NCBI RefSeq assembly: GCF_004010195.1
Contig: NC_057718.1
Coordinates: 61,218,233-61,240,614, forward strand
Reading direction: 5' to 3'
DNA: 22,382 nucleotides
Source: Chiloscyllium plagiosum
Lineage: Eukaryota
How positions within the stretch are numbered: the stretch's first letter is position 1; each line of letters opens with the position of its first letter. Positions 10,276 through 20,561 of this stretch are shown here, one piece after another. The notes under the pieces are model-generated. The model did not search any database, was not told where the DNA came from, and saw only the letters and a program-made list of their open reading frames with translations. A program made the translations under genes and the position numbers.

Positions 10276-11431
10276 GTCATCATCCTTTCTCTGTTACATT
10301 CACATTCACTTTAACAGCTAGTGCTTACAACCTCACTAATGCTCATGAGCTACCCCAATCTCCCTATTGCATGCAGCATCTCCAGTCAATGGCACTCACC
10401 TATCTCATGCTCCACAGGGTTAACCAACGTTTCTTGCCCTCTGGCTAAAAAAAAAGCAACCCAAGGAAGTTGTTGGTAGCTTCCAAATGAGCACAACGTG
10501 AGTGACAACTAAGAAATGAAACCATTTGATGCATTCTATCTAGATGCATGAGATGGCTGTGTGTCACTACGCAAAGTAAACTGGCAGATCCTTGCAAGTT
10601 AATGTTGGCTTTGTGCTCAAAGTGAAGTTCTGAAAGGCTGAAGTGATTCTGAGTTGGTCCACGAGCAGCCATGATAATGTGGAGAGGCTGGTGTTTTGCC
10701 AATTCTGACTTCAGTGGATACAGAGTGAAGGAAGAGGCTTGTCTGGAGATTTTTGATGAAGAAACAATAACATGGATGAGCAGAGAGGTAAGTGGTGAGC
10801 TGCATTCGCCATATAACCACTCAGCCTTCCACGTCAGGAATAGTCGCCATCTGGGTTTTCAGGAGAGGAGGAGAATTGCATAAAAATCAGCTGATACTGA
10901 GCTGCAATTGGAAAACAAGAAAGTAATTGCTGCACATTGTCAGAAGTTGTCGTAGAAATTTTATGGGGAGAATCAAGCTTTTTCTCTCAACATTAAGATT
11001 TGTTTCTCTCTTGCCACATTTTTCCCTCTTTCTTGCCATTACCCTAGCTGCTTAAAGACTGTGAAAATTCTACCCTTTATTGTTAGTTGGTATTCTACAC
11101 AATTAAGACCTATAATTTCAATACTGAGAAGTTTGGAGTTCTTTTTTAAATCTGTTTCTCCTTCTCTCTCTCCTCCCTCACCAATAATTCAATCACTTCT
11201 GTAAGGATTTAGCTTCAGCGTCATCACCTTGTCTCTATTGCCTCAATTAATGTAGATTTACATGGTTTCTTTTAGTTGGCAGACCGTAGACTTCTTCTTA
11301 TCCTCACTTGTCATCTGCCTACTTGCATATCCCAGCATCTAACTGGATGTTAATCAAGATGGTTAGATTTAGGGTTAGTTTGTTAGTTTGTTGATAAATC
11401 ACTGAAAGAATTGTGGATGCAATAAATCAGA

Positions 11432-11639
11432 AAGAAAAACAGAAACTGCTGGAAAAGCTCAGTAGGTCTTGTGGCATCTGTGGACAGAAATCAGAGTTAA
11501 CATTTCGAGTCCAATGACCCTTCTTCAGAACTGGGGAAGGTTCTGAGGAAGGGTCACTGGACCTGAAACATTAACTCTGATTTGTCTCCACAAATGCTGC
11601 TAGACCTGCTGAACTTTTCCAACAATTTCTGTTTTTGTT
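11432..11639. mobile_element. Palindromic element: two inverted PLE terminal repeats, each with a hammerhead-like motif
   Basis: Arms 11432-11531 and 11540-11639 are ungapped reverse complements with 83/100 matches by hand count and an 8-nt spacer. The same unit occurs singly at 21179-21277. Confidence 0.92.
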
Positions 11640-13019
11640 AGTCAATTGGTTTATTTTGCCACTCCCTAGTACAAGGAACTGAGTGTTTGAAATTCCCTAC
11701 TGTTGTCGCAGCAGAGAAACTTCAACCTTTACAATCTATCATTTCACAACAGCTAATGACCTTACCAATGGAGCCAGCACTGCTCCCCATGCTCCATCCG
11801 CAAGATTATGTTTCAATGTGTCCATACTTTTACCAGCACATGATGAGTCTTTTCCAGACTGTACCTGGAGCATCTATGTTTTTTCAGCATTTGACAAAAC
11901 TGGCATATTGTAATATCATATAAAAGTTTTTACTAATGTGCAATGTCACACACTTCACATTTTGGAATTCTTTTCATATAAGTGGGTTGTACTCAGAAGC
12001 AGTTTAAATACACTAAACAGGTCTTATGGAGGTTTTATTTTCTCCAATGGATGGTATTTTATGTTGCACAACCTTATATAAAATAGTATTTTCCTGGTAT
12101 TATTTCGTGATAACCTGCTTTGTCCAATGAATATAACATTTAAAAGTGCTTCTGGCACAAATTCATAGAATGTGATGTTGATATAATTTCATAACTTTTT
12201 TGGCTTGGGCTTTTCAATGCAGTTGGAGATTTTACACACAATCTCCAAATAGCTCCACAATACTGGTGACATTTACGTCATTCTTATTGCATTTAAAGAT
12301 CTCAAAAGGCTTCACACCATCAACAATATTCAAGTGCAATGACTGTTGTTATGACGGGGCTGGTATGAACTAGCCCCTCATGAGCTACTTTTCTCTGTCT
12401 CGATGGCTGGAGTGAAATGACGGTGTCAAAGAGAACAGGACATTCAATCTGTCCTCGACTAATGATTTCATCTGTTTTAGTAACGGGGATGCAAGATCTG
12501 AGATGCCCTCTGATTTGAGAGGTTACTAGGAAATTTCCCTGTTGGTTTGGCTGTCCCTTTATCTTCAGCCACATTTTAGAAGAATTAGTCATATCCATTT
12601 AGCATTTAAACTGCAGATTTGTCTCATTGCATACAGCAAAAATTGGATCAACCCATTGAATATTTTGAGAAGCAGTTGTCTTTTTAAATCGCACTATAGA
12701 TTTAGACTTTCGATTTTTCGTAGTGATCTTACAAAATTAAGGATTGGGCTAATTATTTATGTCAAGTGTGTGCAGCCTATTGTTTAAATGGATACTGATG
12801 GAAGGAGCAGCCATTTTAGTTTTATGAACATTCAACTAGGACAGAATTTGTCAAAGCAGCTCTGACCACCTGAACAAATAGTTTACGCTGCAGTGCACAT
12901 GATAGAACAAAATTCAACAGCAGTTAATAAAAAACACATCTCCTGCAATTTTGATGTGAGCTTTCTCTGTGAATTCATGAACAATTAGTTTACCTCCTGA
13001 AGTTTGAAACCTGTAGTGG

Positions 13020-13400
13020 CTTCGCAACAGTGACCTCTCTGCATTAGGCCAAGGCTCTGTTTACAATTAAAGCAACCACTTAAAATACCTGCCATGCCCC
13101 TCACTTATTAAGAAAAGCTGTCAAGTAGAGAAGGGAAAATGAACAGCTGTCATTAAATTATTATTATTGTACCACTGAAGGCCTGGGCGAGTTTTATTAG
13201 ACCCAGTTACATTCAACATGGGGCTGTCGAGATGAAAAGTAATACTTATTTCAATTAACTTTGTTTTATGTGGAATTTTGGCACTTGTGAAGAATGGCAT
13301 GGAAACTGACAGCAATCACTGGTTATGTTAGTGTTCTTCATGGGTGTCATCATCAATAGACAGTGCAAAAGAAAGTAAGCCAACACTCTGTTGTTTTTGT
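13020..13400. promoter_or_regulatory. Candidate enhancer (TALE/Hox/Fox motif cluster)
   Basis: CTGTCA at 13118 and 13147, TGACAG at 13307, TGTTTAC at 13058, TTTTAT at ~13192 and ~13265. No recognisable repeat. Confidence 0.3.
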
Positions 13401-13689
13401 CAGACTGCCTTGTTCTTCACTTATCAGACTGAGCTTTGGTAAGTTATTAACTTGTTAGGCCTCATGTACCTTTCGCTAATACACTTATCCCTATTCCTGT
13501 CACTTTATTTCATAAAGTCTCATTATGATTCAAAATTCTGACATCCAGTTTTGATATATGATGGTCTTACCTTTCACCTTTCCTCTTTTTTTTCATCACT
13601 TGCTGGGAAAAAAAGCATTACAACTCTTTCCTCCCAATGTAGATGGTGAAATCTGGAATTAAAGTCTAACCTAACGGGGACTATTGAAT

Positions 13690-13923
13690 TGTAGTGATTG
13701 TAGCAAGGTCTGCCAAATGGACCTCTCAGAATATGAGTTCCCTGATTGAGGCTGTTAATCTTGCCCAATCAGGGAGCCCTGGCTGACAGATGTAAACAGG
13801 AGTGTCAGAGATCCTGTTCACTCTGAGAGCTGGCTCTGAGGAAAATGAACCGGTGTCAAGTACTATGCACATGTAAATAAAGGGTGACTTGGTGATGGGA
13901 TGCCAGCCTCTGGAGTTATTTCT
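13690..13923 (+). mobile_element. Solo LTR (~234 bp) of an LTR retrotransposon
   Basis: Starts TGTAGT and ends TTATTTCT (degenerate ..CA). Contains inverted CCAAT-type boxes (13739-13748/13766-13775), a TATA-like TGTAAA (13791) and AATAAA (13876). Flanks TGAAT/GTAAT are a possible decayed 5-bp TSD. Matches a recalled shark repeat. Confidence 0.7.
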
Positions 13924-14160
13924 GTAATTTCTCCTGATTGTTCTTCTGTTACGGAGTTGCCTATGTCACATGAATTGCCACAAAGAGCAAACATTTGAAC
14001 ATATTGGATTATACATTGAGATACAAAGGATTTAAACTAGATTTTAACAAGGCCATGCACAAGAAAGAAAATGCCTATTCCAGATGACTAAGGACACAAA
14101 TATAAATAAACAATTGATTTTCAGGAATTTAATGTTCATCTTCTATGATATATTGAAATT

Positions 14161-14485
14161 GGCAGGGTGGCTCAGTGGTTAGCACTGCTGCCTCACAGTG
14201 CCAGGGATCTGGGTTCGATTCCACCCTCCGATCGTCACCTGTGTGGAGGTTGCACATTTTCACTGTATCCATGTGGGTTTCCTCCAGGTGCTCTGGTTTC
14301 CTCACACGCTCCAAAAATGTGCAGATTAGGTGGATTGGCCCAGGCTAGGTGGCTTAGCCATGGGAAATGCAGGATTACAGGGAGAGGGTAGTGGGGTGGG
14401 TCTGGGTGGGATGCTCTTCAAAGAGTCAGTGTGGACTCAATGGACTGAATGGCCTGCTTCCACACTGTAGGAATTCTATGATTTT
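14161..14485 (+). mobile_element. HE1-like tRNA-derived V-SINE
   Basis: A box TGGCTCAGTGG (14168-14178), B box GGTTCGATTCC (14212-14222), V-domain GTGGGTTTCCTCCAGGTGCTCTGGTTTCCTC, CR1-like tail GAATGGCCTGCTTCCACACTGTA. Possible AAATT(G) TSD at 14156 and 14486. Confidence 0.95.
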
Positions 14486-14760
14486 AAATTGCTCTTGAAA
14501 ATAATGTTAAAAGCGCAACTGAAACGTGGAAAACTGTTTATTTTGGGCAGGGTACAACATATGTTGTCAACTCCATAGTGTCTGCCTTTCCGGTTCACCG
14601 ATGACCATCACGCACATACAGACAGGAATAATGGGTGCATGACATGTAAACTACTACCAAAACATATTACATAAGAAGCACTGACAAATGAAGTTAAAAA
14701 CACAACATGGGTTCACATTGCTACTTCTATCCAGATAGTCATACCATTTTGGTTGAGGTA

Positions 14761-15203
14761 TTTGCCTGATGTGTGCAGCTCCAAAAACACGCAAGACATT
14801 CAACATCACCCAGGACAAAGTAGTCCACTTGTTTGTCACCCCATCCACCACCTTAAAACACTCTCTCCCTTCACCCCCAGCACATGGTGGCTGCAGTATG
14901 CACCATCCACAAGAAGTACGACAACAAACCTCCTTTCACAGTACCTTCCAAACCCCAAACTCCATCTCCTGAAGAAAGAAGAGCAATGAATATATGAGCA
15001 CATCACTATCTGTAAGTTTCCCTCTAAGCATCTTCCTGTGTCAAAATCTTTGAACTTTCTCCCTAACTATATGATAGGTGTACACTGGATTGCAACAGTT
15101 CCAGAAGGCAGCTCACCATCACTTTCTCAAAGGTAATCAGAAATGAGAACGACATTCTGGCCTTGCCAGAAGTAACTACATCACACAAGCAAATGAAAAA
15201 AAA
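14761..15203 (+). mobile_element. Old 5'-truncated LINE 3' end (CR1/L2 group)
   Basis: MCAAPKTRKTFNITQDKVVHLFVTPSTT resembles the non-LTR ORF2 C-terminus (W..A..T.L..LD.IQ.KA.RLI). Tail CTGGCCTTGCCAG..A-rich. Alignable to 19000-19361. Confidence 0.85.
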
Positions 15204-16304
15204 CGTTCATGAACAATTCAAATAATGCTGGCTTCCATAGAAAGACGGCTTCTCCACATTTTATTCTATTACACTACTGGGAGTCTTACTGACAACCAAA
15301 CAAAACAGAATGAATGGAGAATTAAGATATTCAAGAATCCAACACAGATATAAGTCAAATGTTGTCTCATTTGCATTTCTCTTTTATATTTGGCATTCAT
15401 GCTTGGCAGACTATAAAAGGAGTTAATTGCTTTTAAAAGTCTTAAAAAGTGGCAAAACACTTTCTTTAAGTGCTCCCTGAAACCATATACTCTTCTGAAT
15501 AAGTATTATTTTAAAACAGGTGATCATGAGTTTAGTAACTTGAGCGATTTTCATTCACTTGTCAAAACCATTTTCTTCTTATGGCTGCATCTGACTTTCT
15601 TTCAAATTCCCCAGCTTTCTCAAAGGGATGAGCACCATGTTTTCAAAGTAATGTAATATATTGTTCATTTTTCATGTTCATTGGCAGAAAAAGCTGGTAA
15701 GAGGTCAGATATTAATGTTTTTGTTAACTCTTACCCCTCTAAACAAACTAAAATGTTGTTGAATCGGCATTATATCTTGTGGTCTCATGGTTGAATAGTG
15801 TTTGCATGACTTTAGATTCCTGGAGGTGACTAAAGAATAAGCATTTCTTATGAAATTGAAGGTATCCTTAGATGTTTTAGAGATAACTTTTACCAACATG
15901 AGAAATGTCAAGCACTTGGAATAATTGTAATTTTCAATAAAAGAAATTTGTCAGAACACTACTTCTAAACTTTGAATTGCTTTCTCATTTCTTCATGATA
16001 AGATGCTCCTTATGAAGTTTAACTTCAAATAGAAGAACTTTTATAAGATCCTACATTATTTACAAAGCACAGACTCAGTATATATTTTCTAGAAATAAGA
16101 AAAATATCTTGTGCTCGTTTTAATCAACATTTGTGCATAGGCACTTTTCAGTATTCTGAATACTTTGATCTGATTATTGCATTTCTGAAGGACTTTGATG
16201 TGAAACTTAAGACAGCTGAAAAGATTTTGGTTTGAAGCATATTACAAATTATTTTAGGTGGGAGAAAATAAATTCAAAGTCCACCAAACATTTTTACCCA
16301 AACA

Positions 16305-16765
16305 CTGAGTATGTTAACACGTTAGGTCGATGATCTTTCATCAGAACTAGAAATAATGAAAGATATAACATGTTTTCAGCAAGAACAGAAGCAAGGAAAG
16401 AGGATTGGGTGGGAGTTGAAGAACAAGAATGAAGATCAATGATAGTGCGGAAGGCAAGGAAGATTAATGATGTAAGAGATGACAATGCAAGGTAATAAAA
16501 GAAGGAACTGGAACAATTAAAGTACAATTTTAGACCTACAGAGAATGTCAATAAGAATGGTAAAATCATCACCAACAATTCTATGTAAAAAAACTGAGAG
16601 AAAGATTATGATCTGAAATTGTTGAACTCAGCGTAAAGTCTGAAAAATTGTAACATGCTTAATTGAAAGATGAAGCACTATTCCTTTTGCTGGTAGTGAG
16701 GTTCATTGAAATGGCTTTGGAGTCTGTGAACAGAGAGGTCAGTGGAGTTTGGAAAATTAAAATGA
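16305..16765 (-). mobile_element. Old Penelope-like element 3' remnant (GIY-YIG C-terminus, UTR, degenerate hammerhead)
   Basis: Minus 16683-16606 translates E*CFIFQLSMLQFFRLYAEFNNFRS*, like the PLE end motif EQHLIFRLGTLQP.GLNIEFNNF. CTGATGA at 16344-16338 is followed by AAGATCATCGACCT. Confidence 0.75.
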
Positions 16766-16769
16766 TGCA

Positions 16770-16996
16770 AAACTTTCCACCATCCGTCGTAGTACTGTGG
16801 TGAGGTCCACATGTGTACTAATAATAGTGACCACCTGGTCCATGTTGGAAAGAATGAGCTCCATCCTTTGCAAAAAGCCTTATGTCAAGTTCATAATGGT
16901 CTTCTTCATATAACTTCGGATTGAGTTCTTTGGCAGGCTTCCCAGTGCACCAAGCATTTGGTTATGTACATCCATCAACTTACCGCTGAAGACTGG
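16770..16996 (-). pseudogene. Downstream coding remnant of the probable Harbinger Myb/SANT-like gene
   Basis: One frame with a single stop: PVFSGKLMDVHNQMLGALGSLPKNSIRSYMKKTIMNLT*GFLQRMELILSNMDQVVTIISTHVDLTTVLRRMVE. It is on the same strand as, and downstream of, 17591-17805. The family match is from recall. Confidence 0.55.
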
Positions 16997-17257
16997 TAAC
17001 AATTTACAGTTGTATGATGTTCTCTACATAAAAGAACAACTTAAGCTGCTAACAATGAGGAGAAAGAGGACACAGAGTGGGGATATAAGAGAATTAGTAG
17101 GAATGGTGAATACTGAAAGCCAGATCCAAGATATAGTAGGGGAAACTCGCTAACAGCTAAAAACAAACACTAGATTAACTCCTGCCAATACATTTTATTG
17201 CTGTGTAGCAGAATTGAACATTGAATGGAGCTATTGGAACACTTGGTAGGATATCTT

Positions 17258-17575
17258 GGATGGCATGATGGCTCAGTGGTTAACACTGCTGCCTCACAGT
17301 GCCAGGGACCCGGGTTTGATTCCCGCATCAGGCGATTGTGTGAATTTGCACGTTCTCCCCATGTCTGTGTGGGTTTCCTCCTGGTGCTCTGGTTTCTTCC
17401 CACAATAAAGATGTACAGATCAGGTGAATTGGCCATGTCAAATTGCCCATAGTGTTAGGTGCATTAGTCAGGGTAACTCTATGGAATGGGTCTGGGTGGG
17501 TTACTCTTCAGAGGGTTGGTGTGGACTGGTTGGACCAAATGGCCTATTTCCATACTGTAAGGTATCTAATCTATT
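17258..17575 (+). mobile_element. HE1-like tRNA-derived V-SINE
   Basis: A box 17269-17279, B box GGTTTGATTCC 17313-17323, V-domain, tail TTGGACCAAATGGCCTATTTCCATACTGTA plus ATCTA repeats. Homologous to 14161-14485. Confidence 0.95.
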
Positions 17576-17590
17576 TAAAGATGAACTCAC

Positions 17591-17805
17591 ATGCTTGGAC
17601 AGCTTGTTAAGCTTTTTCCTGTAGTTGGAATAACACTCTTGACAATGACCTTCAGTGCTACCAGCTCCAACTGCCTCTGGATTGTTAGTCTGAAGGACTT
17701 CCTGACCCCTGCACATACAAGATTCTTTATTTCCATCTCTTCCACGAAGACCTCAAGTGAATTGGAAAGTTACTTTGGTGCTGGAGATCTCGTTTGTTCA
17801 TTCAT
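17591..17805 (-). pseudogene. Decayed Myb/SANT-like DNA-binding exon, probably PIF/Harbinger ORF2
   Basis: MNEQTRSPAPK*LSNSLEVFVEEMEIKNLVCAGVRKSFRLTIQRQLELVALKVIVKSVIP, then frameshift to YRKKLNKLSKH, then a GTGAGT donor (17590-17585). Confidence 0.65.
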
Positions 17806-18067
17806 TGCACAAAATATTATAGCCCGGGTTGACTTTTGAAAAAATAAATCCCTCTATTTCTTGCAGCCATAATACTCATCCTCTTTAAGGAATTACAGAT
17901 AAAGTAACATGCTGCCTGCACGCACAAGGGTTAATCACATATCCCAATCCCAACATTCACTCTTGGCTGTTAGTTAATTTCTTCCATCCCTTGGATCTGA
18001 CTTTTAGCACTTATCCTTCTAATCCTCTCAATATCCTCATTCTGTATTCTCTTTTGTTCTCATTATT

Positions 18068-18122
18068 AGCACCTTGAGATGTACTTCTATGTAAGAGAAG
18101 CTATACTATAGTAAATTGTTGG
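18068..18122 (+). mobile_element. Possible L2-type LINE/SINE 3' tail remnant
   Basis: AGCACCTTGAGATGTACTTCTATGTAAGAGAAGCTATA resembles the L2 tail AGCGCCTTGGGACG..CGTTAAAGGCGCTATA. Short and diverged. Confidence 0.4.
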
Positions 18123-18170
18123 TATCATTTAGCTACAGCAGAGTGCAATACCATGAATAAAGAGAAAAAT

Positions 18171-18332
18171 AAACCCCATGAGAAAATAAAGAAACAGGTT
18201 GAAAGAGCTATAAGGAAAGCAATGGAGATATATGAGGAGAGATTTGTTTTTGAAGTGAAGCATTTTACAGTTATACTAGTTCAAAGAAAATTGGTAAAGG
18301 TAGTGAGAAACATAGGGGAAAAATAGTGACTA
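18171..18332 (+). mobile_element. Ancient CR1 ORF2 fragment (EN-RT linker)
   Basis: KIKKQVERAIRKAMEIYEERF, then frameshift to FYSYTSSKKIGK. It is interrupted at a TA by the Tigger-like element. Confidence 0.55.
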
Positions 18333-18460
18333 CAGGTAGACAACCCTTTACCCGAAACCCTAATATCCGAAAAGCTCGAAAATCCGAAGGGTTGTTGTGA
18401 AATTTTTTTCTCATTAACAAGGTTGTTTGACATGCAAGCAGTTAACCCAAGTCAACACCC
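18333..18460 (+). mobile_element. Left end of a Tigger4/MER46-like (pogo family) DNA transposon
   Basis: TA followed by CAGGTAGACAACCCTTTACCCGAAACCCTAATATCCGAAAAGCTCGAAAATCCGAA, with repeated CCGAA units as in Tigger4-type termini. No right TIR is seen. Confidence 0.7.
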
Positions 18461-18461
18461 A

Positions 18462-18620
18462 CTTGCTGTAAAAAAGGTTCCCCCTCATGTCATGTTTACA
18501 ATCTTCTCCTTTCACCTTAAAAATATGCTGCCTAGTTTTGAACTCTCCCACCCTTGGGAAAAGACCCATGCTGTTGATGGCCCTCATGATTTTATAAACC
18601 TCCTATACTGTCACCTCTCA
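18462..18620 (-). mobile_element. CR1 LINE fragment
   Basis: Alignable to 5620-5770 (CCCCTCATG..CTCCTTTCACCTTAAAAAT..CTCATGATTTTATAAACCTC). Confidence 0.8.
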
Positions 18621-18999
18621 TGGAGAGGAGTTAAATCTGAATTGATTAGCAGTGATTACAGAACTGGTATAACAAACAGGAGACAGGTACTGCAAACATT
18701 AGTTTAAAGTGAAGGAGGGCAAAGATGCCAACATGAATTCTCATAGAAATGGAAGCAAAATAACTCAGGCAGTTTGAGAAACATTTGCAAACAGAAGCCC
18801 TGAGTTAATCATTTTGGGGTGTCAGCATTTCAGAATAGATTTGACAGAAAATTAAAGGTAAGTGGATATGGTTAAAGGAAGGATACATGAGATTAAAAGT
18901 ACCATTCTCAAGAAGGATAAAGTCCAATACAAAATGGCTGGACTGGATTCAACAGCCAGTTTCTTTGTTGTAATTTTGATGTATGAATGTCATGTTTAA

Positions 19000-19361
19000 T
19001 AGTAACTGTGCACCATTTACAAGATGCAGTAAAGCAACTTCCCTCAGGTGGCTTTTGACAACACCTTTCAAACCTGTGAACTTTATTTCCGAGTAGGACA
19101 AGAGCAGCGGACACTTGGGAACACTATTACCACGACTTCTTCTCAGAGTTAGCACCATCCTGATTTGGAAGTGAACCCACCCTTCCCTGTGGCTAGACCA
19201 AAAAACTGGAACTTCCTTCTTAATACCCCAATGGGTGTACCTACACCACATAGATCACAGCAGTTAGCTCAAGAAACCAGCTCACCACATTTTCTCAGGG
19301 GATGGATAACAAATGTTGGCCTTGCCAGAAATATGCACATCACATTACAGAATAAATAAAA
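19000..19361 (+). mobile_element. Old LINE 3' end, same family as 14761-15203
   Basis: TGTGCACCATTTACAAGATGCA..GGGTGTACCTACACCACA..CAGCTCACCAC..AAATGTTGGCCTTGCCAG..AATAAATAAAA. Confidence 0.85.
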
Positions 19362-20561
19362 TGCAAAAATACACCAGGCTTAGAAGAAAAATTCAACAAA
19401 GTCAAGTTATTTTCTCAAGGGAATTGCTATAAGGTTGCTGAGACAACATGATAACCATCCACTTGTGGCAATGCAATATTTCTGCTTCTCAAAGCATCAT
19501 GCATTTTAATTTAACAACTCACCTGAAGGGCCACTTTCTGAATGTTCTGGGGTGTCATTGTCTGTGGAAAGTTTCACCGGTAGATAGCAGCCATGATGAT
19601 TTCATCATAACAAAAAGTTGGTCAAATTTCTCTGCTGCCAAGTTTGCAGATATAGTGCATTTTAAGGCTGGGATTTAAATGCTCAAAAATCTGCTTGATC
19701 ATTTCATTGTTCTTAGGTTTTTTTCAGCCTTTAAAAGCAAACATCGCTCACATTGGAGAATGAATCCCATTGCTGCAGAAGTGAACCTGTGTGACATCTT
19801 AACCCACATGTGGGAAGATGAAATCTGTAAAAATACTTAGAGGTTTCAGCAAGGAAATAGGTCATTCACTTCACTTGGTCCATGTTGGTGTTTAATCACT
19901 ATGAAAGCAAGAGTTATGACTTAGCTTGTTGTGATGCCCAATTTTAGAGAAATGTTAGCGTTCCATTTGCAATGCATTGTAGGAAGCCGTGAAGTAGCCA
20001 CAGGGCCTGGTTTAATTCACAGTGCTTTGGATACAAAGAAGGATAAACCTATGAGTGCTCCAAAAAGTGGTTTAAGTGACCTAAACAAATGGTCAAATTA
20101 AATTCACAAAGTTGAATTATTTGGATGTTGTCTTAAATGCGATTTAGGCTTCTATTTACGAAGCTGTAGTGAATCTGTTGAATCATAATTCTCAACAATG
20201 TTTCCCTTCATTTTTAGCAGATATCATTTTGCTTTTGACTGATATTAGGCAAATGCACGATCTTGAAATTATGCACTCACTCCTGCTGAGAATTTTCGAA
20301 ACTCTGAATCATAAAATTTACAGAAGCATTTAAATAGTGGTATAGGAGTGTAAACTGAAAGGTTTTATGAATACAAATGACTCATTAAACATTAAAATCA
20401 TTTTCAGAAAAATGTGTGTTCCTGTACTGTTTGCTAAAGGTGCACTGATTGCAGGATGCTCCATAGTTTGACTTATAGGGACTTTCACTTCTTGCTGGAG
20501 CTGCAAACAACTGCAAAGTATTTTATTTCTATTCATGCATTTTCTTCCATGTGAGAACCTA

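Noticed and set aside
11432..11639. Palindrome as a cut-and-paste MITE or pre-miRNA
   Set aside because: The arm occurs singly elsewhere and matches the PLE end at 22116+. No TSD is evident. A miRNA call needs small-RNA data.
11766..11864. 99-nt open minus-strand segment ending TTG/GTAAGG
   Set aside because: The putative acceptor lacks a polypyrimidine tract and the peptide is unrecognised.
14161..14230. tRNA genes here and at 17258-17325
   Set aside because: The A and B boxes run into SINE body and LINE-like tail sequence. These are SINE heads.
14322..14359. Short imperfect direct repeat (TAGGTGGATTGGCC/TAGGTGGCTTAGCC)
   Set aside because: As recalled, an intrinsic feature of this SINE family rather than a locus-specific event.
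16294..16578. 94-aa hydrophobic minus-strand ORF
   Set aside because: Lies in the pyrimidine-rich UTR of the PLE remnant; a compositional artefact.
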